IMG/VR virus record: IMGVR_UViG_3300038797_000105
Location: 1-55,300 of that record
Direction: 5' to 3' (one strand)
From: a virus
Taxonomy: Duplodnaviria > Caudoviricetes
DNA length: 55,300 bases
This document shows, in pieces, positions 17,247 to 26,145 of the stretch; the stretch's first letter is position 1; each line of letters opens with the position of its first letter. A model generated the notes under the pieces. That model was not told the DNA's origin and ran no database searches. It saw only the letters and a list, made by a program, of their open reading frames with translations. The translations under genes were made by a program, and so were the position numbers.

Positions 17247-17612
17247 TCATTTTTTGGGATTTTTCCTCTCTGCAGCCTTTTCTTGCTGCTCATCCCACCG
17301 CCTGCGGAACTCGTCGTCCAGGGCGAAGATGGCGGCGTCGAACTCTTCGCGGCATATCACCGATGGGTAGCGGTCAAGGTATTCGGCGATCGCGGAAGGT
17401 GCGATCGGGGCCGGCGCGCCCATCATGCCGACGTACTGCCGGGCCCGGCCAATGTGGCCGTAGGCCTCCAGGATCTCGGCGACCACATCGTCGATCTCGG
17501 GCGCTGCCGGAACCGGCGCTACGCCCTTGAGGCGCTCTCGCTTCCAGCGCTCCTTTTCACTGCTCGGCCCGGCCCAGTCCCTACCCCAGCGATATGCCGC
17601 TACTGCTTTTCC
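17247..17612 (-). CDS. Tail assembly chaperone gpT-like segment (frameshift extension)
   Basis: -1 frame ORF overlapping end of upstream chaperone; AIFALDD motif. Confidence 0.65.
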   Translation of the reverse strand, partial: GKAVAAYRWGRDWAGPSSEKERWKRERLKGVAPVPAAPEIDDVVAEILEAYGHIGRARQYVGMMGAPAPIAPSAIAEYLDRYPSVICREEFDAAIFALDDEFRRRWDEQQEKAAERKNPKK

Positions 17613-18085
17613 GCAGTGGCCGCGGCCTGCTCCTCGATGCGCTTGGCGATGTCCAAGGCTGTGCGCAGGGCCAGGAAGTAGATGCTGGGCATCTGCTCGA
17701 TCAGGGCCTTGCACAGCTGCGGTGTGTACTTGGCTGGTTCGCCAGGACGCTCTTCTACATCGATGCCCTGCCAGTCCTTGATCAGGTGCTTGGTGGCCAG
17801 GTCGATGAACAGGTCGTCGTCTGTTTCGAGTTCAACATCCGGGATGGAGTCGATGGTGAAGCCGGCAGTGCCGACCCCCGCCTGCTGGTTCAGCGCGGCG
17901 AGGTGCCGGCGGATCACGGCCTGGTGAGACTTGTAGATCGGGTTGGCGATGGATGCCACCAGAATCGCCGCCGTGTCCGGCCCCTTCTCGCACTTCACAG
18001 CCAGGCCGCCAAGGCCGACCTTGAAGTGCACCCAGCGCTCGCCGTTGATATCCAGTTCAGGCTTCTTTGCAATGGTGATGCCCAT
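17600..18085 (-). CDS. Tail assembly chaperone (gpG-like)
   Basis: Between tail tube and TMP; LIKDWQGI motif. Confidence 0.75.
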   Translation of the reverse strand: MGITIAKKPELDINGERWVHFKVGLGGLAVKCEKGPDTAAILVASIANPIYKSHQAVIRRHLAALNQQAGVGTAGFTIDSIPDVELETDDDLFIDLATKHLIKDWQGIDVEERPGEPAKYTPQLCKALIEQMPSIYFLALRTALDIAKRIEEQAAATAEKQ

Positions 18086-18142
18086 GGTATTCCTCTGCGG
18101 TAAAAGGCCCGACGCACACCGCAGGGCGCGCCGGGCAAATGG

Positions 18143-19312
18143 TTAAGCGGTTACGGTGACAGCGCAGGTGTCAGTCTTGGTGCCGTCAGCAGCGCTGGCC
18201 GCGGTGAGGGTGGCGGTTCCGACTGTCAGGCCCTTGACCAGACCGGTCTCGCTCACGCTCGCGATGGCCGGGGCGGAACTGGTCCAGGTGACTTGCTGGC
18301 TGGCACCGGCAGGGGTGACCACGACCTCCAGGTCGCGAGTTGCGCCAACGGCCAGGCTCACGGTGGCCGGGGTGACATCCACGGCGGCCACAACGATCGG
18401 CGCCGGCAGGCGGGTGATGGTCGGGGCCATGCGGCGGGCGGTGTAGTTCAGCTCAACTTGGATGATGTCGGTCGAGCCGCCGTCAGGCCAGTCAGCGGTC
18501 ACTTCCATCTCGGGGATCAGGAAGTTGTACCCGCCGTCGGCGTTGCCGATGGTGAATTCCAGGCTGATCGCGTCATTACCCTTCTGGGCTTTCCACAGCT
18601 CGTAGGCCATCTTCGACCAGCTGATGGTGATCGAGCCGGACGGGGTGAACGTGGTGGCGATGATGTTGCCCGGGTATGGGTTGCCGTTGCCGATACAGCG
18701 CTGGGTCTGCACGTTGTTGTCGAACTGCAGGTTGAAGCTGTCGACGCAGGCGTTGTCCTCGCCCACCTGGACGCCGTTGATCTTCAGGCCGCTGATGTCC
18801 TTGAAGCTGAAACGGCGCTGGCTGGCCTCGGGTTGGGCGTTGATGATGAACGACGTGTTGTCGCCCTTGTCGTCCCAGGAGCGCGCCGCCATGGTCATGG
18901 TGACCGTGACCTCGTTGTCGCCCGGGAAATCGAAGTTCATGGTGGCGACTTGCACGCCGCGGGCGATGGCCGATACGCCAATGTCGGTCGCGTAGGACGC
19001 GATCGAGAAGGTGATGCGGTCGTCGCCCATGGTCAGAACGTTGGCCGCCCAGGCCTTGCCGAAGCAGGAGGCCATGAACTCGTCAAGCGCGCCGTAGCGC
19101 CACTTGGTCTCGATGTCGCCACCCACATCCACGGTGGTCTGGGCAGTGCCCTGGGACATGCGGGTGAAGCCGATCTCGTTGTTCTCTTCCGAGTTGAAGG
19201 TCGGCATCAGGCCGTTGCTGATGCGCGTCAGCACGCTCCAGTCGCCGGCCGGCGTCACGCCGGGTGTTACTTCTTTGACCCAGGCCAGCTGGACCTTAGC
19301 GCCCGAACTCAT
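18143..19312 (-). CDS. Major tail tube protein with C-terminal Ig-like domain
   Basis: MSSGAKV..EVTPGVTP start; VTWTSS..ASVSETGLVKG Ig2 motif. Confidence 0.88.
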   Translation of the reverse strand: MSSGAKVQLAWVKEVTPGVTPAGDWSVLTRISNGLMPTFNSEENNEIGFTRMSQGTAQTTVDVGGDIETKWRYGALDEFMASCFGKAWAANVLTMGDDRITFSIASYATDIGVSAIARGVQVATMNFDFPGDNEVTVTMTMAARSWDDKGDNTSFIINAQPEASQRRFSFKDISGLKINGVQVGEDNACVDSFNLQFDNNVQTQRCIGNGNPYPGNIIATTFTPSGSITISWSKMAYELWKAQKGNDAISLEFTIGNADGGYNFLIPEMEVTADWPDGGSTDIIQVELNYTARRMAPTITRLPAPIVVAAVDVTPATVSLAVGATRDLEVVVTPAGASQQVTWTSSAPAIASVSETGLVKGLTVGTATLTAASAADGTKTDTCAVTVTA

Positions 19313-19406
19313 CGGTGCCTCCTTAGATCGTAGTGATCCGGGGAGGCGTGGCGACCAGAGGGGCCTTTCGGCGTGTCTGGTCAGCGTGCCCGGTGGTTCA
19401 GGTTGT

Positions 19407-19607
19407 TCAGATGTTCAGCTCGACCTCGACGGAGGTCAGGATTTGCCGACTGACCTCGCCGAACGTGGTGAGGTCGGTGTACTGGAGATTGACGTACTCG
19501 ACGCTGAGCCCGGTCTTCTCGTTGAAGGCCTTGATCGCGCCATGAATCTGCTCGGCCAGGATGCGGCGCTCCTCGCGCACCTGGTCAATGGTCATGCTTT
19601 CACTCAT
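19407..19607 (-). CDS. Small hypothetical protein
   Basis: 66 aa, overlaps upstream ORF. Confidence 0.55.
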   Translation of the reverse strand: MSESMTIDQVREERRILAEQIHGAIKAFNEKTGLSVEYVNLQYTDLTTFGEVSRQILTSVEVELNI

Positions 19608-19779
19608 GGCTGCTCACCTTGATGATTGTTGGGATTGGGTCGCCAAGCGCCCACTCAACCTGCTCCCCATCAAGCAGATCGGGCTCTTCGCGTGTTGCGC
19701 TGCCGAACGGGCCGCGCCTGTCATCGCGGACGAAGTAGCTGGTGCGCTCTACGACATTTCCATCAATTCGAACTTGCAT
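19600..19779 (-). CDS. Small hypothetical protein
   Basis: GGAGG RBS, 59 aa. Confidence 0.4.
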   Translation of the reverse strand: MQVRIDGNVVERTSYFVRDDRRGPFGSATREEPDLLDGEQVEWALGDPIPTIIKVSSHE

Positions 19780-19879
19780 CGCCGCCCTCCTTCGCCGAGA
19801 GCCAGCGCTCCCAGGCGGCAAGCGCAGCCTTAGCCGCGCGGATCAAGCTGCGGTGCAGCTCCACGGTTGTTTTGGACAT
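19763..19879 (-). CDS. 38-aa helical peptide (MSKTTVELHRSLIRAAKAALAAWERWL...)
   Basis: GAGG RBS right after tail terminator stop; read manually. Confidence 0.5.
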   Translation of the reverse strand: MSKTTVELHRSLIRAAKAALAAWERWLSAKEGGDASSN

Positions 19880-19888
19880 GCTTGCCTC

Positions 19889-20293
19889 TCAGTAGGCGCG
19901 ATATGGGACGCGGACGTTGACCTGGTACCAGTTGTTGCCGTCGTCACCGACGACCTGCGGGGATGCCTCGAAGAAGTCGAAAGGCCCCTCTGGCGCGCTG
20001 TAGTACTGGAACTGGGTAACCAGCGTGTCTACGGCCCTGGTGATGGCCAGGGTGCCGCTGTAGCTCGGCACGAACAGCTGGATAACCACTATGCCTGTCT
20101 GGCGCACGCAGGGGCCGATCCCGACCTCTGGCGTGCTGCTCAGACCATGCATGTCGGCAAGCCGAGCCCAGATGCTCCGCCCTACAGGATTGAACGGCTT
20201 TGGTGGGTTCGGGTAATCGACTGCATCAGCGGGGATCCCGGTCCATTGCGCCATGCGCCCGATGACGATGGCGCGGATTTGTTCGAAGGTCAT
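19889..20293 (-). CDS. Tail terminator-like protein
   Basis: Synteny; GIVVIQLFVP..G, WYQVNV motifs. Confidence 0.75.
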   Translation of the reverse strand: MTFEQIRAIVIGRMAQWTGIPADAVDYPNPPKPFNPVGRSIWARLADMHGLSSTPEVGIGPCVRQTGIVVIQLFVPSYSGTLAITRAVDTLVTQFQYYSAPEGPFDFFEASPQVVGDDGNNWYQVNVRVPYRAY

Positions 20294-20679
20294 GAGCTGT
20301 ACTTCTGCGCGACGCTGTTGAAGGAAACGCCGTAGATGCCGGCGGGAGCCTGCTTCGAATGGCCGTCTTCAAGCGGCACGGCGTACACCAGGTTGTTCTG
20401 GACGAACACTTGGGTGTAAGGCTCAAGGCCCGTCATGACCGAGAGCCCTCGGGATATGGTTTCCCCGCCTGACGGGTCTACCGTATCGAGACGGGTGTAG
20501 ACAGGCGCCCCGATGCTGACGATGTTGTTGCCACGGAAGCGCCCGGTATCGACCGGCGAAGCCAGGACGATCAGCTGGAGAACTTCCAGCGATATCGTTC
20601 GAACTCTCAGAGTAAGCTGCTCCTCTACCACGCCAGCGAACAGGCTCGGCGGCGTACTCCATCCCCTACTCTTGGCCAT
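20290..20679 (-). CDS. HK97 gp10-like neck/tail completion protein
   Basis: SPVDTGRFR, NNLVYA-PLEDGHSKQAP motifs. Confidence 0.8.
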   Translation of the reverse strand: MAKSRGWSTPPSLFAGVVEEQLTLRVRTISLEVLQLIVLASPVDTGRFRGNNIVSIGAPVYTRLDTVDPSGGETISRGLSVMTGLEPYTQVFVQNNLVYAVPLEDGHSKQAPAGIYGVSFNSVAQKYSS

Positions 20680-20681
20680 GG

Positions 20682-21062
20682 CTACTTCCTCAGCTGGACT
20701 TCGTAGTGCGCCTTTGCTGGATCAGGCGCCGGGCTGACCACGCGATAAACAGTGGGCTGCCCTGTCATCAGGTCCGTGACCGTTATTTGGTGTCCAACGG
20801 CCGGCCTTTCAGTGACTTCGTTGGCCAGGCAGATCAGCAGAAGGTCGCCAACCAAGATGTTCAGCCCGTCGATGCGCCGGCTGTCGTAGCTGTCGAGCAC
20901 GCCGCGGCCGGTGTAGGTGACGGGTTGGGCCGTGGTCGTTTCGTTCACAGGATCCCAGACACCTGGTCCCATGTAGGTGCCAGTGAATGTGGATACGGCA
21001 TCAGCCAGGTCGGTATCGAACGCAGCGGCCAGATCAGACTGGATATCGCTTCGCAGGCCCAT
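20682..21062 (-). CDS. Head-tail joining/closure protein
   Basis: Synteny; WDPV..T motif. Confidence 0.65.
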   Translation of the reverse strand: MGLRSDIQSDLAAAFDTDLADAVSTFTGTYMGPGVWDPVNETTTAQPVTYTGRGVLDSYDSRRIDGLNILVGDLLLICLANEVTERPAVGHQITVTDLMTGQPTVYRVVSPAPDPAKAHYEVQLRK

Positions 21063-21063
21063 A

Positions 21064-21435
21064 TCAGCACCTCACGACTTTGGTCTGACCGCTGTTGTTC
21101 AGATAGTGCGCCAGCAGCGCCAGGGCGAACGACTCGCCAGCGCTGATGGTGCGGGATGATTCCGAGTAGGACTTGCTACTGGAAACGCTGCCAGCCTGGA
21201 CCGACTTGCTCAGCACGCCGGTCTCCTTGCTGCCGTAGATGTTGCCGGCCGCAGCCTCTCGGGCGATCTCTGCGCCGGCCTGGATCACGTCATCCGGCAC
21301 CGGATCGAACTCAGGCAGGCCGAGATTGGTAAGCCAAGTGTTGGCCATCAGCACCGCCCTGGCCTTCTGGTCGTCGGGCGCCCAGGCCGGCCCAAGCAGG
21401 GCGTCTACCTGCTCGACGGTGATGTAGGTGATCAT
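21064..21435 (-). CDS. Head-tail connector/adaptor
   Basis: TYITVEQVD start; synteny after capsid. Confidence 0.65.
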   Translation of the reverse strand: MITYITVEQVDALLGPAWAPDDQKARAVLMANTWLTNLGLPEFDPVPDDVIQAGAEIAREAAAGNIYGSKETGVLSKSVQAGSVSSSKSYSESSRTISAGESFALALLAHYLNNSGQTKVVRC

Positions 21436-21731
21436 TACTTGACCTCGCCCAGCATCTTCTGGAGGTCTTCCAGGCTAGCGTCAGGGCCGAACTGAACCCC
21501 TTTTTCAGTCAGAGCGGCCTGCAGCTTTGCCTTCAGCTCGGCTTCTTCAGTGGCCTTCTTCTCGGTAGCGGACTTCCCAGCCCTGGAGCCTTTGGCTTCC
21601 TTGAGCGGCTCTGGATGCTCGTAGCCCTCGGGCGCAAACCGGGCATCGATGATCTTGTAGCCCTTCTGTCGCAGCTCAGACTTTCGCTCAGCAGTGACCG
21701 GGTGTTTCTCGTAAACGACTTTTTCGCCCAT
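21435..21731 (-). CDS. Small capsid-associated protein
   Basis: GGAG RBS; LEM/HeH-like C-terminus. Confidence 0.6.
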   Translation of the reverse strand: MGEKVVYEKHPVTAERKSELRQKGYKIIDARFAPEGYEHPEPLKEAKGSRAGKSATEKKATEEAELKAKLQAALTEKGVQFGPDASLEDLQKMLGEVK

Positions 21732-21780
21732 GGCGGACTCCTGGCAGGTGGTTCGGGCGACCCGAAGGCCGCCGTCTCGG

Positions 21781-22749
21781 TTACTTGGCTGCGTCGCCGA
21801 TGGTGATAACGCCAGCCGAGGCTTTGATGCTGTTCGCAACCAGATCCCAGTTCGACCCGGTCGCCAGCTCGGCGCTGGTCGGCGACTTGCCGCCGTTGGC
21901 GGTGTCCCAGGTGAAGCCCTTGAGGCCCATGCCGAAGGTGTAATCAGCCTGCATGGTGGTCTCGATGCGCTCCTTGCCGTTGGAGGTCTGGATATTGGTG
22001 ATCAGGTCGGAACCATCCATCACCATTGCCGCACCGTCAGCCAGGCTCAGCACCTTCTGCTTGTTCGGGGTGCCAGTCTCGTACAGCGCCGCGGCGTCAG
22101 TGATGATCACTGCCTTCCCGAGGATGTCGACTACCTGCACGCCGCTGAAGGTGAACAGCTTTTCGGCGTTAGCCAGGTTCTGACCCATCAGGCGGTGGTA
22201 CATGGCACCAGTCATCACCTGCGCAACAAGACGCTGCGAAGCGTCACCGAACAGCGCGTGGGCGTTGTTGATGGCGATGTAGTTGATTCCGGCGGTCGCC
22301 GAAACGTCATTGGTGGCGGATGGCTGGTTGCTGATAGCAGCGACCAGGGCCGCGATGGCGGTGTTCAGCTGGTCCGACATGATGGCTTCGGACAGGTTGC
22401 GGCTGATGACTTCCAGAGCTTCTTCGGGGTTCTTCTGGACCCACGAAAGCTGCGAAGGCTCCCACAGGATCGGGCCAAAGCCGCCTGCGATCTTCACCGA
22501 GTCGTACTGCTTCTGGGTCAGCGGGGTGGCTGCCTGAGCGCCGTTCGCGGCGTAACGATCAACACGGCGCTGGGCGCTGTGCAGGCCAGCCCAGAACGAC
22601 TCCTGCAAGAAGTCGCCGTCGATGCCCTGAGTGGTCAGGCGGATAGAGCCGGCCGAAGCAGCGTTGAACTTCTCAACGTCCTGAGCCAGGGTTTCGATGG
22701 TGGTGCGCTTGAGGTATTCGTTGAACACCTTCATGTTCGAAAGGGCCAT
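21781..22749 (-). CDS. Major capsid protein
   Basis: 322 aa after scaffold; strong codon bias; GFTWDTANGGKSPT C-terminus. Confidence 0.88.
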   Translation of the reverse strand: MALSNMKVFNEYLKRTTIETLAQDVEKFNAASAGSIRLTTQGIDGDFLQESFWAGLHSAQRRVDRYAANGAQAATPLTQKQYDSVKIAGGFGPILWEPSQLSWVQKNPEEALEVISRNLSEAIMSDQLNTAIAALVAAISNQPSATNDVSATAGINYIAINNAHALFGDASQRLVAQVMTGAMYHRLMGQNLANAEKLFTFSGVQVVDILGKAVIITDAAALYETGTPNKQKVLSLADGAAMVMDGSDLITNIQTSNGKERIETTMQADYTFGMGLKGFTWDTANGGKSPTSAELATGSNWDLVANSIKASAGVITIGDAAK

Positions 22750-22758
22750 TGGGCCTCC

Positions 22759-23505
22759 TTATTCGCTTGCGGTCAGGCCCTTGATGGCTTCCAGGCGCTC
22801 GGCCTTGGAGCCACCGAAGTTGCCCTTCGTGGTTTTGTGCTGTCCACCGCCATTCGGAGCACCGCCGCCATTGGCGCCGGAACTCTTGAGGATGTGGTCG
22901 CGATGGGGGTACTGCGAGACGAGGGTTTCGAGCGCTTCGTTGAAGTCGGCCAGTTCGCCCGGACGGGAGCGACTGAAGACCTTCTGACCTTGGGCGTCAT
23001 AAGCGACGACCTTGCCTTCCTCGATCTTGAAGTTGCTGCCGAAGGCGGCCTGCACCATGTCGGCCGGAACAGCCATCTTCTCGGCGATGAACTGGGAACG
23101 CGCGAAGCTGCCGCCGATCTTCTCGGCATACAGCTGCTGCTCGAAGCCCTGCGCCTTGGTGTTGGCCTCGTCCAGCTGGGTCTGGAAGGCCTTGCTGATC
23201 TCGCCTTTCACCTTCTCGATCTCGCCGGCATCCACCAGCTTCTTGGCGTCGAGGTTGGCGACGGTCTCCAGGGCTTTTCGCGCCGCAGCGGCATCCTCGA
23301 TGCCTTCGAAAGCCTTCGCGATCTTCTCGAAGTCGTCGGCGCGCTCACGATGCGACCTGGCCTCGGCGTTCAGTCGGGTGATGGTGTTACGAGTGCCCGC
23401 AGCATCGAAGGCTACCTCCTTGCCATCGTCCTCGACATAGACCGGCTTGCCATCCTGGATCTCAGCGTACTGCTTGCCATCCACTTCAACGGTTTTGAGT
23501 TTCAT
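22759..23505 (-). CDS. Capsid scaffold protein (DUF6651-like)
   Basis: MKLKTVEVDGK start, coiled coil, Gly-rich tail. Confidence 0.8.
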   Translation of the reverse strand: MKLKTVEVDGKQYAEIQDGKPVYVEDDGKEVAFDAAGTRNTITRLNAEARSHRERADDFEKIAKAFEGIEDAAAARKALETVANLDAKKLVDAGEIEKVKGEISKAFQTQLDEANTKAQGFEQQLYAEKIGGSFARSQFIAEKMAVPADMVQAAFGSNFKIEEGKVVAYDAQGQKVFSRSRPGELADFNEALETLVSQYPHRDHILKSSGANGGGAPNGGGQHKTTKGNFGGSKAERLEAIKGLTASE

Positions 23506-23617
23506 CTCGTCTCTCTGGGCCATCCGGCCTGTTGGTGAGCCATCCGGCCCCAGGTCGCCCCGTCCATCCGAACCGCAGGCATGAAAAAGCCCCGCACTGG
23601 GCGAGGCTCTGAAATTG

Positions 23618-23654
23618 CGCGCCACGAAATGGCGCTTCGGTATTTTGTGGTGCG
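23618..23654. repeat. Bipartite palindrome copy 1
   Basis: CGCGCCACGAAAT-N11-ATTTTGTGGTGCG; also at 29381 and 35818. Confidence 0.85.
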
Positions 23655-23656
23655 AG

Positions 23657-24736
23657 CTACAGCAGGCGCTCCCGCAACTCATCGAGCGTCAGGAACTTGC
23701 CCTTGTCGTTGTAGAAGTCCTGCAGCTTCAGCTTGTCTTGGCGCAGCAGCTTCCCGCGTTCCGGGCCGAGGATCTCGTCCTGGCGGGTCGCTGGTTGGCG
23801 AGCGAGCCATTGCGCGTAGGTGGTCTGCTGCGGCACCTGGCCGTCCATGGTTGCCCTCGTTGCCGCGTCACTGACCCCCAGCGCCAAGGCGCTCTTGAGG
23901 ATCGGAAGCTTGGTCGAGCGGCAGCAGAAGTGGATGCGGCCAGGGCCGGCGAGCCACGGAACCTTGTGCCCAATGGGCTGGTAGGTTCCCAGCGTGTAAG
24001 GCAGGCGGTCGCGGATTCGGCAGGTTGCCGACGTTCGGCTGTCCAGCGTACTCAGCCACTCAACGTGACTAATGATGTCGCTGTTGGCCTCAAACGCCTT
24101 GTCGCTGGCCGTCTCTGCCGTGCTCGACATCGCAGATCGGACAACCGCCTCCACCTCGCGTCGAGGCTTCTGCAGGATGCCGTCAGCGTACTTCTCCGCC
24201 TTGGTACCCATGATCTGCCGGACGATCTCCGGCGTCGTGCGGCCCTCAAGAGCACCGGACCTAACGGCATCGCGGATCGACACAGCCCGGTCAGCTTCGA
24301 TACCGGCCATCCACTCGCTGAGTAGCCGCCCTTGGAACGGCCTTGCCAGCGCAATGGCGCGCACCTGACTGAACTCGGCCACGGCAACTGGGAATCGCGC
24401 CTGCACAAGCTCAGGAACAGCCGCTGCCAGTGCGCCGGCCTGAAAAGCAATCTCGTAGCCGGCCACGCCGTCGATTACGCCTGTAAGCGCCTGCTGCAGG
24501 CTAAAGAACGTCGATTGGTTGATCCGCAGCACAGGAGCCAGGGCAGCATCGATCGCTGCAACGGAAGCGCCCACATCCAAGCTTTCGAGGGCCGCTATCA
24601 ACGCCGCCCGCAACTCTGGATCGGCGCTATTGAGGGCCTTGATGATCGCCATGACCTGGCTGTTGCTCAGCCTGGACAGGTCAACCTCATGCCCGATCAG
24701 CTCGTCCAGCAGCTTCTCGTTGGCGGTCTTCATCAC
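23657..24736 (-). CDS. Minor head protein (SPP1 gp7/MuF family)
   Basis: WLSTLDSRTS-TC and HFCCRS motifs. Confidence 0.88.
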   Translation of the reverse strand: MMKTANEKLLDELIGHEVDLSRLSNSQVMAIIKALNSADPELRAALIAALESLDVGASVAAIDAALAPVLRINQSTFFSLQQALTGVIDGVAGYEIAFQAGALAAAVPELVQARFPVAVAEFSQVRAIALARPFQGRLLSEWMAGIEADRAVSIRDAVRSGALEGRTTPEIVRQIMGTKAEKYADGILQKPRREVEAVVRSAMSSTAETASDKAFEANSDIISHVEWLSTLDSRTSATCRIRDRLPYTLGTYQPIGHKVPWLAGPGRIHFCCRSTKLPILKSALALGVSDAATRATMDGQVPQQTTYAQWLARQPATRQDEILGPERGKLLRQDKLKLQDFYNDKGKFLTLDELRERLL

Positions 24737-26145
24737 AGCGTACCGAGGGCCGGGCCCTGGCCCTCAATCTTCGCCAGTTCCTCTTCCCAGTCGTATTCGT
24801 CGCTGATGACGCCGCGGCGCTGCATCTCGGTGAACAGCGTCTCCTTGCTGATCATCCCGGCATTGGCCATGGACACCAGCGTCGGTAGCGACACCTCGGG
24901 CATGTAGTCGACATCGAAGTTGCCGCGCATCTCGACGGTGCCGCCCTCGCCCAGGCCTCGGTAATCGGCCATGAACTGGAGCAGCTGCGCCAGACAGTCT
25001 GCGAAGTGGTGCGCCATGCGCGCCAGCGGTGACAATTCCTGTGCCGCCTCCTCTTCCGCCTGCGTGGCGGTCTTGGTTGCAGTTTTGTCCGGCGTCAGCA
25101 GCTTGGCCCCGGCCATGCGCATCTCGTTGATAAGGTCCTGCAGTGCGGTGCGGCCGGACTCAACGGCCTTGCCGGTGTGCTCGATGTACTTGAGGTCGCC
25201 GTCCTTGGGCAGATCGGTCAGCTGGCCAGTACCCACCTTGAACTCTGGCGGGACCACCTTTCCCTGATTGTCGTACTGCGTCTGGATGCCGATGCGCACC
25301 AGGATCGGCACGCGAATGACATGCAGGATGTTGTCCTGGTCGCTCTGGCTCTGCCAGTGCTTCACGTTGAGGTACGCCAGCTCGATCAGGGGCGGCCTGG
25401 CCGTCATGAATCCGGTGCGGCCGGTGTAGAAGGTGACCCAGGGGATCGAAGCCAGGCTATTGGTGCCTTCCTCGTGCAGTTCCCAGGTGCCGCCAGATGT
25501 TGCCTGCCTCCCCTGTACTGCCTTTGCCGATTTGCGATAAGTCCGCCAGGCGCCAGGCTCCAGCACACGGATTTGCTCGACACACTTGGCGCCAAACTCG
25601 CCGTCCTCCTCCTCGACCACCTCGATGTAGCGGACCATGGTCAGGACGCCGCCCTTCGAGCGCCAGCCCAGTACCTGCTCAGGCCTCACCATGACAACAT
25701 AGGGACGCACCCCGGCGGCCTGCTCGTCTGCCTGGGTCTTCAGCTCTCCCGCGGGCGGGTGATCGACGAAGGCGTGGCACAGCCCGTGGCTCAGGCCCTC
25801 GGTGAAGAACCCCACCGCCCAGGCGTTCAGGTCGTTGCCGGCGTGGTCGATGTCCTTGGTCATCTCGACAATGACTTCGGGCACATCGTCGCCAACCTGA
25901 AGCGGCTCAGCGAACACACGGGACGTCATGTTGCCGACCGTTTCGGAGTACGCAGGCAGCAGGGTCGAGAGACGCAGGCGCTCCTTGAAGGCCTCGTCGT
26001 CTTCGGCTGGATACTGCGGCAGCAGGGACTTGCCCGCAGCGCGCATCGCCATCGTACCGCCCATGAGCGGCGAGATCACGGCCCAGTAGGCGCGCATCGC
26101 GTCGACAGCGGGCAGCGTCATGCTCGGGTTATCGCTCATGGTCAC
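24733..26145 (-). CDS. Portal protein (DUF4055-like)
   Basis: 470 aa after terminase; PPLIELA-LNVKHWQSQSD motif. Confidence 0.88.
   Translation of the reverse strand: MTMSDNPSMTLPAVDAMRAYWAVISPLMGGTMAMRAAGKSLLPQYPAEDDEAFKERLRLSTLLPAYSETVGNMTSRVFAEPLQVGDDVPEVIVEMTKDIDHAGNDLNAWAVGFFTEGLSHGLCHAFVDHPPAGELKTQADEQAAGVRPYVVMVRPEQVLGWRSKGGVLTMVRYIEVVEEEDGEFGAKCVEQIRVLEPGAWRTYRKSAKAVQGRQATSGGTWELHEEGTNSLASIPWVTFYTGRTGFMTARPPLIELAYLNVKHWQSQSDQDNILHVIRVPILVRIGIQTQYDNQGKVVPPEFKVGTGQLTDLPKDGDLKYIEHTGKAVESGRTALQDLINEMRMAGAKLLTPDKTATKTATQAEEEAAQELSPLARMAHHFADCLAQLLQFMADYRGLGEGGTVEMRGNFDVDYMPEVSLPTLVSMANAGMISKETLFTEMQRRGVISDEYDWEEELAKIEGQGPALGTL

Noticed and set aside
21730-23538. 602-aa plus-strand ORF (and similar long ORFs at 11063, 18293, 25177, 26157)
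   Set aside because: Antisense shadows of high-GC3 structural genes; no motifs or RBS
23657-24736. MuF polymorphic toxin
   Set aside because: Short MuF form with no C-terminal toxin extension or immunity gene
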